Shown here: positions 12,654 through 27,274 of the stretch, in pieces
Layout of the letters: each line of letters opens with the position of its first letter
Numbering within the stretch: the first letter of the stretch is position 1
DNA from: Lingula anatina
Taxonomy: Eukaryota; Animalia; Brachiopoda
Assembly (NCBI GenBank): GCA_051362555.1
Contig: CM120640.1
Span: forward strand, 38,666,788 to 38,730,787
DNA length: 64,000 bases
Direction: 5' to 3'
Made by a program: the position numbers and the translations under genes
Notes under the pieces: generated by a model
Database searches by the model: none
Seen by the model: only the letters and a program-made list of their open reading frames with translations
Told to the model about the DNA's origin: nothing

Positions 12654-15600
12654 TCATGGAGAGATTTTTGTTCTTTTCCTGCTTGATTCTTCTGCAACTG
12701 GGGGCCTTTTCTTTGGCTAGATTGAAATATAACCATGAATATAACCATGAATTCATAAAACATTGAAAGCAAAAGCAAACACATAGTGACATTACAGTGT
12801 GGACTAAGGGTCTTCTTTCACACTTTTTAATTAAATTTTAGTTATCCAATTCAATTCATATAAATTTAATATTACCTTTTTCTTATAATCAATTCTTTAT
12901 CATGGTTGTTTTTTAAATGGAAATACATGTCCATTACCAAAACAAGTTTTAGATGAAAACTTAAGACTTGCTTGTTATAGCATCAGAAGTTCCACATACC
13001 GTTGCAGGATTCTTGGGAGGCAGCATAACACTGTTACCAGTTGGATACATGATGTCATGCACCTTTTTTAACATTTCATCATCCTGAAAGTAAAGAAAAT
13101 CCATAATTGACTCAGAGATGGTATTCTTTAGATAAAGTTAAGCTATCAAAGCATCTCACATCAATATTTAACAATAAATCTTATTTACTTTGTGTGATAC
13201 TGACAGCAGAAACAGAGTCTTAGACTTAAATTGATCATTAAATCCTATAAAATGTATCAATAAAAAATCCATATACAATAAAAGTAATGATAGTCAAAAA
13301 TTGAAAGAGCGTACTGGAAAAAAGAAGCAGATATTACCTGGAACCATGAATGATTTAATGCTTGTTCTACAGTTGCCCTTTTCTCAGGATTCACTGTCAA
13401 TAGTTGTTTCACCAGATCTTTTGCCTCAGATGACACATCCTTCCAGTAGATAGCAGGAAAGGAGTACATGCCTCGCATGATCTGTTTTGCTAAAGGCACA
13501 TCCTTGTTCACATCCCCAAAGGGTGGGTAACCAACCAGACTGAAAATTAATCCAAGATAAATTTTAAACAAGTGTAAGACAATTTGTTAAGAATGTTCAA
13601 AGAGAAATTGTGAAAGGGTCAAATTGATATCTGAGAACAGAGGACATTTATTAAGGAGAGATTGAACTGTTACTGTTACAGCAAATAGAACAACGAATTA
13701 TGGAACAATTTTTAACAGAGCTATATTTCAATATTTTAACATCAAATTACATCTGGATTGTAATGTTTATAATTTGCTTTTGTAACAGCAGCAAATGGGT
13801 TTCTTAAAACACTATAAATTATGAGATAAAAAGTAAAAAAAAATAAAAATGGCAGTTTGGAATAACAAATTGTTCTTGGTTTCTGGTTAATCAAAATTTA
13901 GAAATTAAACAAGCTTACCATATAAACAGAATGACCCCTAGACTCCAGCAGTCAATGGCATTTGTATATTTCCCATGCCCCTGAGTCTCAAGAATTTCTG
14001 GTGCTAAGTAGTTTGGTGTTCCACAGAAGGTTTTCATCATTGTATTGGCATCAACGAATTTTGACAATCCAAAGTCTGTCACCTAAAATTAACAATATTT
14101 AAAATGAGTCATAACATAAAAGATGTACTATTGTCAAAAATTTTTTTATACCTTTCTTCACTCACATATACTTTCCTGGTACATCAAGCCTGTGTAGTTT
14201 CTCTCTTCATTTCCAGAAAATGCACTGATTGTTCTGATTGGTAGCATATAAGAGAAAGTATGCTATCAGGGTCTACTTTACATAACCAAACAATGCCGTG
14301 TCCATATACTCATGGCTTGCCAAGATGTTTTCATATAACATTATTACATCTGTACTTAAAGTACACATTAAATTTTAGTATACTTTTTGATATTCATATC
14401 CAACATTACCTTCACCAAAGTTTCATTTTCATCAGTTGCCAGCAAGATGTTTTCAGGCTGAATTACATAAGTGGAAAAAATATGTAAATTTAATTCTATG
14501 TGAAGGTGTCACAAAAGAAAATCTTATCTTCAAATTTAGTAGATTTACAAATGCAGCCGCTTTAATCTCTATTCAATCATACCATTATTGTTACTGCAAT
14601 ACTGGATTGTACAACAAGACAGATGAATAACAGTACATTAAATCTGACATACCTTTAAATCTCTATGTGTTATACCTTGGTCATGGAGATACTGAAATAA
14701 ATAAAGATTTCCTTCTAATTCTCTACAAGAGACAAGGACAATACCTATGCATTTTTTTCAATAATATCATCAAATTTGATCATTACTGTAGAACAAGGCA
14801 GCAAAGCTGTCAAATGTACAGACAAAAAACAGGAAAAAAAGATGCAAAATAGGTCAATTTGTCAATTTTGATGCAATAATAAATAATGCTTATAATAGCA
14901 CAGTCTGTCAACAGTGATTTTTAATCATGCACAACAGGTAACATGGTCAATAACAGGAGCAGATCCAGAGATACTTTCTGACAGTATTCCAAAGTATCTA
15001 TGTTGATCCATCCTCCATTTTGATGGTCTTCCAACAGAAAAAAAATAGATACCAGTCAATATAAACTTAATAACCTGACTGTCTTACGGAAGACCCAGAA
15101 GATGGTCTCAATCCACCCCTTCAATAAGATTACAGTTTCAGGACCATGAGAGACCAAAGTGATGACAGTGCACAAAATAATATAACATAATGTTTAAAGA
15201 CATAAAAAACATAACTGCTTATGTGGAAATACAGAAAATGAGCAGAGCCTCAGGTGGATGGAAGTTAATTAAAGTCACAAATGCCGGCCCAGTGATTGAG
15301 AAAAAATTAACAAGGCAGCAATTGTTGATTTTTATTGATTATTGTCCTCTTTGGCCCACTTCTGACAGTTCCTGAAAATTTCAGCAAAATCAGTCCATAA
15401 CTTTTTGAGTTATGTTGATGACAGACAAACAGGGGTGAAAATATAACCTCCTTGGCAGAGGTAAAAATAATTCCAATGAAGCTGCTATTCCAACTTTTAA
15501 TCTTTGAGTTTGATATATATATATATATATATATAAAACTTATCTGCAATATTAAACAAAATTTACCTGCATAATTATCACTGCTTCCTTATTATTAATC

Positions 15601-18600
15601 TAGCAGAGAGCTTTACCTTTGGGAGTTTACAGGGAAATATCAACAAGGGTGCTTTATGTAATCTCATTTAATGGCCAATCAATTAGGCAAATTATTTTAT
15701 AACACTGAAATTAGCTAAGTGATACCCAAGGGAAATTTACAGACTAACCCTCTCAAAGGTCTTTCAGGCCCATAAGTCACAACTTAAGAAAAGCACAAAA
15801 CAATAATGCACAAAATAGGAGACTACCAATTCTGACGCAATAATACATTATGTTTAACTGCACAGTCAACATTAAATTTTAATTTTGCACAACAGGTAAC
15901 ACGTCAAAAAACAAGACAGCACTGTTCTGAAATGTTTTTTTTTTCCATTTTTAACACTTTTTTAACATAAAACAAAATTAACAGTTTACTGCCATTTTTA
16001 TATGATCAACTAAGAAAATTGATGAGATGTGAAAAATATCAATAGAACAGTGTCAAATGTCCAATTTCCTCCATTCTGAGTTTCTGAACATAGTGAATGA
16101 TTGAATCTTACAAACTGCAATGATATGAGTTTATTTCCATTTTTGACACCTTATTACACAATACACGATTACAAGTTTACCATCATTTTTACGTAATCAA
16201 CTAACAATGTTGTAAAGATGCAGGAAATGTCAAACAAACACTTTTACATATCTTATTAATAAATAATGAGACTGTTAACATGCCTAAGAATTGAATCTGA
16301 GGAAATGTGAAACAAGACAGCACTATTCTGAAATGGGTTTATTTCCATTTTTAACACTTTTTTAACATAAAACAAAATTAACAGTTTACTGCCATTTTTA
16401 TATGATCAACTAAGAAAATTGATGAGATGTGAAAAATATCAATAGAACAGTGTCAAATGTCCAATTTCCTCCATTCTGAGTTTCTGAACATAGTGAATGA
16501 TTGAATCTTACAAACTGCAATGATATGAGTTTATTTCCATTTTTGACACCTTATTACACAATACACGATTACAAGTTTACCATCATTTTTATGTAATCAA
16601 CTAACAATGTTGTAAAGATGCAGGAAATGTCAAACAAACACTTTTACATATCTTATTAATTAAATAATGAGACTGTTAACATGCCTAAGAATTGAATCTG
16701 AGGAAATGTGAAAAAACAGCATAACTTATAAAATAATGGTCCGATTATGCTGATTTTCGAACTTGACCTGCGTTTTAGTAAGATTGATTACTCCTGTGAG
16801 TTTCATTACAACAGGCCTATGGGTTTTCCTTGAAATGTGTTAACAGTGTTGCATATATGCTGAAAAGTGAAAAAACAGCATAACTACTAAAATAGTGGCC
16901 CGATCATGCCGATTTTCGAACTTGATCTGCTTTTTAGTAAGATTGATTACTCCTGTGAGTTTCATTACAACAGGCCTATCAGTTTTCCTTGAAATGTGTT
17001 AACAGTGTTGCATATATGCTGAAAAGTGAAAAAACAGCATAAATTCTACAATAATGGCCCGATCATGCTGATTTTCGAACTTGACCTGTGTTTTATGAAT
17101 ATTCATCAGCTCTGTAAATATAAAGCCAAAAAGTAAAACTGTCTTCCACTTATGGTGTTAACGCTGAAAGTGCACGGCGACGGCGACATGATCGGCGACG
17201 GCGACGACAGACGCAGGTGATGGCAATATGTACAGACACATCTGTGTCTGTACATAAAAATACATTTTGAGATAATTATATCTTACATTTTAAAACTAGA
17301 CATTGGAATAAATGTATGAAAGCGGTTGGAAATTCAAGGATTCTGATTTAAATCTGAAGTGCATAATTTAGGTTAATGAAATAGCTGTTACCTTGACTGC
17401 TAACAGCATTTGGTGGAAGAGTAATTTTGCAATATTTTCCTCAAAGAAACCTTTGCTGACAACTCTGTCAAAAAGTTCCCCACCTTCAACCCTAAAAAGA
17501 AAATATTCAAATGCATTATAATTCTTCATAATTAATAAACAATTCATTTTTTTACTAAAGTACTATTCTTTGAAGATGTAATTTATATTAAAAATCATTA
17601 AAGTGATAATAACTCTTCGTTTCGGCCAAAAAATGAATTTTCCTGGAGTAAACAACAATTTTCCCATACTTACCAATGGTTAATGAATCCATTTTTACAT
17701 TCAAAGTTAGTCCCTGGTTTTTTTCTAAAAAGTTTGGTTTTTTGTTAAAATCTCTTAAGAGATTTTAACATAGTATAGCCATCAATGGAGGTCACGTGGT
17801 CAAAAGACAAGCTCAGATATCAGAATAATAGCTATAACAGCCGTTTTTGTGGGAAAACAGAATATATTATATTTTTATGAGTCACTCACAATGTTTTTAT
17901 TGTGAAATACAGATTTCATACGAAGAGTTATTATCCCTTTAAGTATTAATGTTCAGTATTATAAAGTGCAAAATATAATATTATGCAATACTTACAGCTC
18001 TAATACTATGTAAACACACTCAGGTGTATCTATCACATCTTCTATGGATATAATACATGGCTACAAAAATTCAAGCAAAAATTGTGATTAAATTTCAAAT
18101 TTTTTTCATGTTCACAATACACTTTAACTAGGCAATCTTATTTCATGCAAAAGAAAAAATCAATTAAAATCTTCATACAAGGATAGCAATTTCCTGTAGT
18201 GAAATATCATATTTTTGAAATCACATAACATACATAAACACACTTCATAAAGTATGTGTATAAAAACAAGAATACTCACATGTTTTAATCCCTTTAAAAT
18301 ATTAACTTCATTGATCACTTGCTTTTCAAGATTCTGAAAAATAAATTAACATCAATGGTTAAAACACCTTACTGTAAAACTAACATCAATGTGATTAGTA
18401 TTTATTAAAACAATTGTATGTCCTTCTTTGTTAATGTTTGTATATATTTTCCTGAGAAATTTTGTGGAAATCTATTACCAACTCATTCTTGCCACCAATG
18501 GAAAATCTTCTCTTCTGTATGATTTTGATGGCCCATGTCTTGCATGTGCCTTTTTCAAAGGCAAGACGCACTTCACCAGCAGCACCCCTGTCATAACAGC

Positions 18601-20897
18601 AAAATATCATCGTTTTTTTTTATTTTGAGTTAGAGAACATATACTGTACACTCTACTTTACATGTAGATATAAATGCCATTCAAAACCATGGTAGCAGGC
18701 CATGCCAATCTTTCACCTAGCTACAGAAAAGAACTAATCTTCACAAGTGGTCTTTAACTGCTTTATGTATCTCCCATCAGAACAGGAACTTTCTTCCTTA
18801 CCTGCCTAATACTTTGGTAATAGTATACTTCTCTCTAAGGGACTCTGGGAAATTGTTATCATCATTGTTGTTTGCATCCATATATATGTAAGCTGTAAAA
18901 ACATAACTAAAATTTAATCGCAATGATATTTTGAAAAGATTACCAATCAGACATTTTAATAGACAGCATAGCAGAATTGCCAATACAAAAAATTGGCAAT
19001 GGCAGCAGTATTTGCTTTAAAACAGAATTTGATTTTTATCGTGATTAGAAGCACCATAAAGCTTAAGGCAAGAGGAAAAAAATGTTACCATCACTTTGCT
19101 CACCTTTGTTCCTGGCCACAGATAATGCAATTTCATCATTATTACTAAGCACCTGTTTGTTTCCTTTTCCTGAAGAGACAAATATTTATAGATATACAAA
19201 GGTGTGTAGCACATTTTGAAAGATCCTTTTATTTTCTTTCAGTTAATAAAAAAAGGTTTAAATTGCTTATCATAATGCTCAACAAACCATCAAAGCTGGA
19301 ACATTTCTGCTTTGATGGATGCATTGATAGAGACTTGCCAAAAAAGTCCAATTCTTGGGCAATCTATTAATTATCCACTTAACATTGAGAAATTAATAGA
19401 GTGACATAAAAAAAGTAACTAAAAAATTGGTTTATGGATATTAATTCTGTGGTTTTGGATACCATTTATGGTAAACCTCCAATTAAGAGATTGAGGATAA
19501 AATGATGTAGCAATTTCTAGGAAAATTAAATTTTCAAAAGAGAAAGGTCCAATGTTTATTGTGTACTAGCTGTAGCTTAAAAACTACCTTGCCCTGCCAA
19601 AATTCGTAAGTAATGAATAAAACATCTGTGCTGGTAGGTGCTGCATCCTTATATCCTGACAGAAATGAAAAATTAACACCCAACTATAAACATAGCCTAC
19701 CAACTTTACTTCCATTGACAAAAGTTCCATTGCTGCTTGTGTCTTCTAGGAATATAAAAACCCCTGTACTGGTTTGTTGCTGAAAATAAAACATTATTAC
19801 TGTAAAATTCTACTGTACAATTCAGATTAAAATATATTTTCTAAATACTAAATCATAATGTTATCATTAATCTTTAAAATGCTGATATGCTGTAGAATTA
19901 AGTTGTAGGCAAGTACATAAACTAGTACATCCAATTATTTAAATCGTACTACATGTTCGAAGTGTAATTTCTTGCAAATAAATGCTGCAGAAATAAATGT
20001 GTATCAGTAAGCTTTTGGTATTTACTACATATCCAGCAAATGTTGTTTAATTATAATTGATTTTCTTAAATACAATTACTAGTTTAAGAATTTACAAAGT
20101 ACCGTTAGTAGTTCGTATAATATAAAATTTAATAATTCTGGCATACATGAACTAAACTGGATTGAAACAGATTGACAGTGTGACAGCTTCTACCTACCCT
20201 AAATATCTTGAAGTGGATCGAGCTGTATGTTCTGTATGACTGACATTTCCCTTTGACATTTGGGAAGATGAAATCACAGGAGTCTGCCCTGCCAAATGTG
20301 TACTCTTCTTTGGTAAGATCTGAATAGAAAGGTCACAGTTACTACATGTAAGTCAAGTGTCGCTTTGCAACATATATACTTGTACATACATTTGTCAGTA
20401 TGAAGTTAAATTAAAGAGTAAGTTATAATGGGCAATGAGGTGCGACCTGCATTATAAATCTACTTTAAAATGACGAGGGGGAAAGAGTAGCTTATACGAG
20501 TACGCCACTTAATTTTCACTGAATGAATCATCTGAATGCACTACTGTGTGGTCCGATTCCTTTCTCTGAACTCATTAATGTACGTACGTGTTAGCTGTAA
20601 TTAATGCACAGTTTACCCAGTTACAGTTTCCCATATTAAATGACTTGCTTTAATGGCTACCAAACGTTTTAACTGACACTGACAAGCTCTTTTTAAGCAC
20701 GTGGATCACTTCTCACCATGTGCAACAAAACTAGATCCGAGCGGGAAAAGACGACCCCACACGGGGATGTCTTCATCTCCATCGCTAAACGTCCCAAAAC
20801 AGCCATCTACTTCCTGTGTTGGCACTGTCTCCATTGAGCTCAAAGTACCAGTTGTCGCACTACTGGATGTTTGATATGAAGATCGATCTTGGCTCAT
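12654..20897 (-). CDS. CHEK2: Serine/threonine checkpoint kinase Chk2 (TQ site, FHA domain, kinase domain), complete
   Basis: 15 in-frame exons: 20717-20897 (VPTQE, WGRL), 20198-20319 (YTFGR), 19701-19779 (SSNGTFVNG), 19104-19169, 18802-18892, 18479-18587 (GAAGEV, AIKII), 18280-18333, 17996-18060, 17392-17491 (GGELFD), 14653-14691 (HRDLK), 14410-14457 (PENILL), 13919-14082 ([13 protein letters not shown]), 13338-13539 (GYPPF), 13000-13083, 12654-12716 (PKKRP...RKRTK basic NLS-like tail, TGA). Confidence 0.96.
14792..17260 (-). mobile_element. Non-autonomous Helentron/HINE (DINE-1-like) element, copy 1, in a CHEK2 intron
   Basis: One end has the palindrome ATGTACAGACACATCTGTGTCTGTACAT plus a GACGGC-type microsatellite and ~160-bp tandem units. 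The other end has the subTIR ATGTACAGACA and the stem-loop GGCAGCAAAGCTGTC. An internal ~400-bp duplication spans ~15910-16710. Homologous to copies at 21.8, 46.6, 53.9 and 57.3 kb. Confidence 0.75.
15309..15468 (-). mobile_element. Short HINE/pearl-like element nested in HINE copy 1
   Basis: Terminal hairpin-like TAACCTCCTTGGCAGAGGTAA, ACAGACAAAC microsatellite remnant, AACAAGGCAG end; absent at the homologous position of the 48.9-kb copy. Confidence 0.5.
17602..17938. mobile_element. MITE with TTAA target-site duplication (Kolobok-like)
   Basis: 19-bp TIRs AGTGATAATAACTCTTCGT / ACGAAGAGTTATTATCCCT (1 mismatch), flanked by TTAA on both sides, purine-purine termini. Confidence 0.75.
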
Positions 20898-21773
20898 GTT
20901 GACTTATTGTAGTAATTGAGTGTTTACTGCCATTCTGCGCATGGCGACTGACCTACATAGGTTTCCGTTTTTAGTTAACCTATTTTTCTGAACTATCACG
21001 CAAACACGTGTGCGCGGCTTAATGATTTTGAATGGGCCATAATTGCATTGTTTACAACAATATTTTCACATCAATGGTCAATAAAGCATACTGATATACT
21101 AAGGTCACTTAAACATGCATCTTTTATGAGTTTATTTAGTAACTGTAAGTAACTTAGGCCCCATTCCCGTAGACAACATCGGTCTACTTGGATCGACCCA
21201 ACTCTGCCGGGGCTCTCGCTGACTGCAATCAGGTTAACACAATAACACGTCTCCTCCAGGCGTTTATAAGACACTTTTGGGTTGTTTTTGGTAAGTGACC
21301 AAGTTAATTTTCTGGCAAGTGTAACATATACTGTCAGGCTTATATTCAGTGCGGATTTACTTGGAAAATGAATTGCAAAATGTACATGTAGATTTAGATC
21401 CAATGTTTCAGAAATTGAATGGTAGGTGTTTTTCAGCCTTTCTCACACATTCTTAATAAGGCATTTATGTATTGATTCTTCCACAGGAGTATCACGTTTG
21501 CCATTTTAATTTGCAAACAGATCCCTTTTTTATAGTAGAATATGTTGATAATATCGAATTATATATAGTAGAAAGTTTTTGAAAAAGGATATCTGTACTA
21601 AAAAATAATTTATGCCAATGGTTTTGCGTTTCATGTTCATCAGCATGAAATTTCAATTTTTCCCTCAAGGCCTGACCAAGACTTGAAATTTTGCCATACT
21701 CTTCCACTTTGACATTGCAATTTAAGTTTAATATTATGCAGCAAAGGCGAGGATAAAGTGTAAAACTTAAATA

Positions 21774-23020
21774 AACAAGGCAGCAAAGCTGTCAAATGTA
21801 CAGACAAAAACAGAAAATAAAGATGCAAAATAGGTAATTTTGTCAATTTTGATGCAATAATAAATAATCCTTATAATAGCACTGTCAGTCAACACTGAAT
21901 TTTAATCATGCACAACAGGTAACATGGTCAATAACAGGAGTGGACTCAGAGATATTGCAAAATTTACCTGCATAATTATCACTGCTTCCTTATTATTAAT
22001 CTAGCAGACTGGCTTAATCTTTGGGAGTTTACAGGGAAATATCAACAACTGTGCTTTATGTAATCTCATTTAATTACCTATTAATTAGGCAAATGACTTT
22101 ATAACTCTGAACTTAGCTTAGTGATACCCAAGGGAAATTTACAGACTGACCCTCTCAAAGGTCTTTCAGGCCCATAAGTCACATCTTAAGAAAAGCACAA
22201 AGTATTAATGCACAAAATAGGATGCTGTCAATTCTGATGCAATAATATATTACGCTTAACTGCAAAGTCAACATCAAATTTAAATTATGCAAAACAGGTA
22301 ATACCGATGAAAGTAAAAGCAGGCCCATGAGAGTTCAAGTTCATACTTAGAAAATGCCAGAATGAGAAAAATGAGAATTTCACAAAAAGTTGCGTTAATT
22401 CAATAAAAAATGATAATACAATAGAGCTGGTTTTCTTATTTGAGCAGTATGTCAATCCTAAGAATCATTCTTTTAAGCTAAAAAAAATAATAAGTAACAC
22501 AGTTTGCTGTTTATCATAACGTTTGTGATGACAGTGCACGAAGTTGGCTTTTTGTCAATTTTGATGCAATATTACATAATGATTAACTATAATTACCACC
22601 ATTTATTTTTATTGATAACGTGGTCATTTAGAAAATTTGATTACCACTGGGCTTCATGACCATGGGAGTTCCAAGTCCCACATTGAAAATGCCAATATAT
22701 GAAAGATAACAACTTCACAAACATGTACAACAGAAAAAGAAACCAATTAGATTGCTTTTCCAACACAGGCTGCATTTTAGACCTGTGTTTCTTTCCTGTA
22801 AGTTTTAAGAAGAGTAAGTAACATGTTTCTTCTTTAATGGTCACTATAAAAGCAGTGTCCAAAATAGAGGTTTCTTCATTTTCGTTGCAATATTACATAA
22901 TGCATAATGACCATCAATTTTAATAATGAAATAAAATTATCATGGATATTCAGACTAGCAAAGGTCTTCAAACCCATGGAAGTTCAAAGTCACACCTTGA
23001 AAATGTCGATATGTGAAAAA
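21774..23020 (-). mobile_element. HINE family copy 2 (truncated)
   Basis: Begins with AACAAGGCAGCAAAGCTGTCAAATGTACAGACAAAAA as in copy 1; internal blocks match 14.8-15.9 kb and 46.6-47.7 kb. Confidence 0.7.
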
Positions 23021-25218
23021 TTTAAGGATGAGTGCAGATAACCATTGGCAAAGTGCCCATCGTCAAATTTTTAAAATAATTTGCTATTATAAAGTTTATG
23101 CATATATTTGTTGTGTGAAAAAATATTATTTGGTTTGAGGCATCGTTTGAGGCATCGTATTTTTAATGAGTAATATGTGGGGGTGGAGGTAACCAGATTT
23201 ACCTGTTGTATGCAGTCTAATATGAATCAGAGCAAGTTATTTCAGCATATATATTGCATAAATAATTTTTTCTAATGAAACTTGTCTTGTGGTGAAAAAA
23301 AGAGGTATATGTTAAATAATTGCGATGTGGCACAAGTAAATGGGAAAGTAATTGTTTTTTTTTTGTTTGTTTGTTTGTTTCTTTTTTTTAATCCTAGAGA
23401 AGAGAGGGAGGGGTGGTGTATTACAATATTTTCTCACAGAAACCATCACTGATTTCACTTAACTGTATAAAAGTCTTGTAACTAGAAAAACTTGTATCAG
23501 CGTATTTATTAATTTTATATAACTTTTCTCACAGACCAGCATTTGTTGGTCTAAATAATTATATTGTTAACCAATACACATTTTGTACAAAGCCCTATAG
23601 AATAGTAAAAAATGCTAAAAGCAAAAGGCTGTTACAGTAACACAAAAAAATCATGTGTTAAAGCACTCTAAACACCTATTTGGAATGTTTCCATTAACCA
23701 TACAATAAACAAGGTATAAATTGTACCAAAATAATGATAAGGTAAAAGTAAAAACTAAACGAAAATATACTACACATAATAACAGTAATGGCCAATAATC
23801 TGTATGACAATGAAAATAAATCACCTAAAAAGTACTTCATATATGATAATGTATGTGATAAAGACCTTTTATAGAAAGCAATGCAAGAGTTATTTTATAC
23901 AAAATATATAAATATGAGAATAAAAAATGTATAATAAACAATAGATAATTAATCAGATGGGATGTCGGAAACACTTTCTGCCTCGCTTATACTCTCACCA
24001 CTTGATGTTGGTAAATGCAAGAAGTTATAATGAGACTCTTTATAACTTGGTAAATGTGAGGCATCCTTGCTCCCTACCTCCCCCCCCCCCCCACGCACAC
24101 ACACACAAACACACACGCGAAAGTTTTTTTAAACCATGCCAGTTCTGAACTGTGAATAGGGGAACTATGGGTCGCTGCATGCCATCTTCTTTCAAACAAA
24201 TCAAAGAAATGTTAAAATATTTAAGCAATTATAAATAGTAACTAAAACATTTTAATTTTAAAAATCACACCAAGCATATTATCTTTTCGTTATCCTTTCT
24301 CCTTGCAAAATCAAAGCAACCAAAAAACTGGACAACTCCACATAAATATTAATAGCAAAAATGTATTATCACTTTATCTTTATTGTCATCATCTGTGAAA
24401 CAAGATATGAAATGAAAGTTTCTTCAAAGTGCATTGTGGATCAGTGTATATTGTGGATAAGTGTTCCAGTGTACGCGGACAAGGTCGTTCAATGACGGCC
24501 TGGGGCAGGTTAGTAAACTTCAAGTTGATATCATGTCAACAAGATGCAAGGACACTGTCAATCACAATTAGGGGAGAGGCATGCGTGGTTTCCCTTCAAA
24601 AACTATTATAGCCTAACATTGATTCTTCCCTCCGAAGTAATTGTGTGATTTTTTTCTTTTTAAACAAAAAAGTTAAGGTATGAAAACGCTGAATGTATTT
24701 CAAACGTAGGTGTATATACAATACAAATAATGAAATCTGTGTCTCACTCTCACACGACACCCCCGCGTCCAAACTGACAGGATGGTGGCGACAGCAACGC
24801 CCCCAGTCGACAATCTAAGATTGGAAGTCTATGAGCGATAGATTAATTAATGCCAAATTTCCGCATGACAACGATTTATAGACTCCCGGGAATTATTTTC
24901 CCTCAACGCTCTTTGTCGCGCTGGCGGTCAATGCAGCATTTATTTCAAAACAAGTTGACCGCAAATTAAGCACGATTTTGCACCTTCAAGTTCCGTGTCA
25001 CGTTTTCATATCATGCATCTTTTATTTCTACTAGTATTCTCTGCCCAAAATGCGTAAAAAAAGAGAGTTATCTTACCAGGTTGTTTAGAAAACTTCTTTT
25101 TCCTCCGACTACACGTCTTCTCTCCCGTTCACCTCCAGGTTAAAATGACCACTCAGCTTCGCTTCTAACACCACTACACGTCACTTCCGGGCACAATCAG
25201 TCTTCTCCGATTCCCTTC

Positions 25219-27274
25219 TTAATCGAGTTATTCTTTTCCATCCACCATTTTTCATCGTGGTACACATTCAACTCACTTTCCCATTTTATTTCACTTTTTG
25301 GTCTAAAATACAAACTAGTAACAAAGGTATTGTATGTAGGTCTTACTCCCTTTTGATTTCTCATCAGAACTTCTAGAAATTTTGGTCTAAATGGAATATT
25401 CATATAGATATCAATGTTTTTCTTATTTCTAATCATTTTCTCGATGCACTGTACAATACCATAAAACATTGTGAATGGTGGGTAGAAATCAAATTTACTA
25501 CAAAAATTGGCATAATTTAAACAATTATTATTTTCATCTACAAAATCAATTACACGTACTATTCCTTTCTCATGCCACTTCTTGTAATAACTTGTTTTAC
25601 TATTGATTTTAATCATGTTATTAAACCATACCCCTTGATAAAACTCTAAATCAGCCTTATCCATTATTTGTCTAAATTTATAGAATGCTCGAAATACATC
25701 TTTCCAAAATCTATTGGTGGTTTTCTTTTCAATGTGCTTTATATATTCCTGTCCAAAATTCACAAGATCCCTAAAATTGTATGATAAAGTATCTAACAAC
25801 AATTGATGCCAGGGGCGTAACCAGACCTTTAAAAATTGTACGCACAGATTTTGAAAATTCCCAGGTACGATTATATTCCTTGAAAAATACACTGAATTAA
25901 TGGAGAATAATATCATGGTTGGCTAAAAAAATTGTACGCACAGTGCATCCGTGCGTATGCCTGGTTACGCCCCTGGATGCCATGATGTTATACTAATACA
26001 GCCCATCATTCTTCTCAACCACGAAATTTTCAAGCTATCAATAAACCATTTGACTGAAATCATACGTAATCCACCATGCTGGTAATCTTGAATTAATGTA
26101 TTTCTTGCTATTCTATCCTTCTTATTGTTCCATATGAAATTAAAAAATGCACTTTCTAAATCCTTTATATGTTCTTCACTCAAATTAGGTAGGCTTATAA
26201 ACAGATGTGTTAATTTAGACAGCATTATTGATTTAACTACAGTAATTTTTCCTGAAACACTTAATAGTCGCCTTGACCAGGACTTTATCAATTTTTTAAT
26301 ATCCTTTACCTTGTTTTCAAAATTTAATTCAACCATGTTAACCAAGTCTACAGTAAATATAATTCCAAGAAAAGTAAACGGTTCTTGGGACCATTTGATT
26401 CCATAGTTCGCATTAAAATTTCTCACCGTAAATCTTAATGGTCCAATTTTAATGCAGCATGTTTTTTGGTAATTTGGCTTTAAACCGGAAAACTTAGCAA
26501 ATTGGTCTATTAGTGAAAGTGTGTTTTTTAATGACTTTTCTGTTCCATCCAATAATATTGCAGTATCATCCGCATACTGCATTATCTTATATTCTTTATT
26601 TCTAATTTTAATGCCCTTGACTGTTCTACTTTTTCTAAACATAGCACCCATTATCTCTACGCATAACAAAAATAAATATGGGGAGATCGGATCCCCCTGT
26701 CTACACCCACGATATATTTTAAAAAAAGATGAGGCATTGCCACCCTGAATCGCACATAGCTTAAAATTAGTAAAAAATATATCAATCCACTTCTTTATAT
26801 TTTCCCCAAAGTTGAAAAAACTTAAGACCTTCCTAATAAAATTCCAAGATATTGAATCATATGCTTTCTCAAAATCGACCATTAAAACTAGGCCTGGTGT
26901 GCTATTTTCATTGCAAACATGTATGATATCATATAAAAGTCTTGTGTTCTCACCCAAATATCTACCCGCCATAAAACCCTTTTGATTTTCGTGTATTAAT
27001 TTAGGGAGAAACGGTTTGATTCTGTTAGCAATTATTCTAGATAAAATTTTATATGTGACATTTAATAGACAAATCGGTCTCCAATTTTTTATAAATTCCC
27101 GTGGTTTGTCTCCCTTGGGTAGTATTGATATCACACCAAATTTTTGCATTGGGGAAAGTTCACCTTTTTTAAAGGTCTCAATAAATGATCGATGCAGAAA
27201 ATGTCAATGTCAACCCAGAAAAATTAAAAAAATTCAGGAGAAAAGCCATCACATCCAGGGGCTGAATCATTATT
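25219..27274 (-). mobile_element. Truncated non-LTR retrotransposon (L1/Tx1-like) ORF2 reverse transcriptase fragment
   Basis: SAPGCDG, ILPKGDK, NWRPICLLN, DFEKAYD, RGCRQGDPISPYLF and QYADD motifs. Disrupted by a stop/frameshift near 27.2 kb and a MITE at 25810-25975. No endonuclease domain or 3' end is visible. Confidence 0.92.
25810..25975. mobile_element. MITE with 5-bp TSD inserted in the LINE RT
   Basis: TIRs CAGGGGCGTAACCAG / CTGGTTACGCCCCTG and TSD GATGC; excision rejoins ...ITSWH-QLLLDTL of the two ORFs. Confidence 0.85.
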
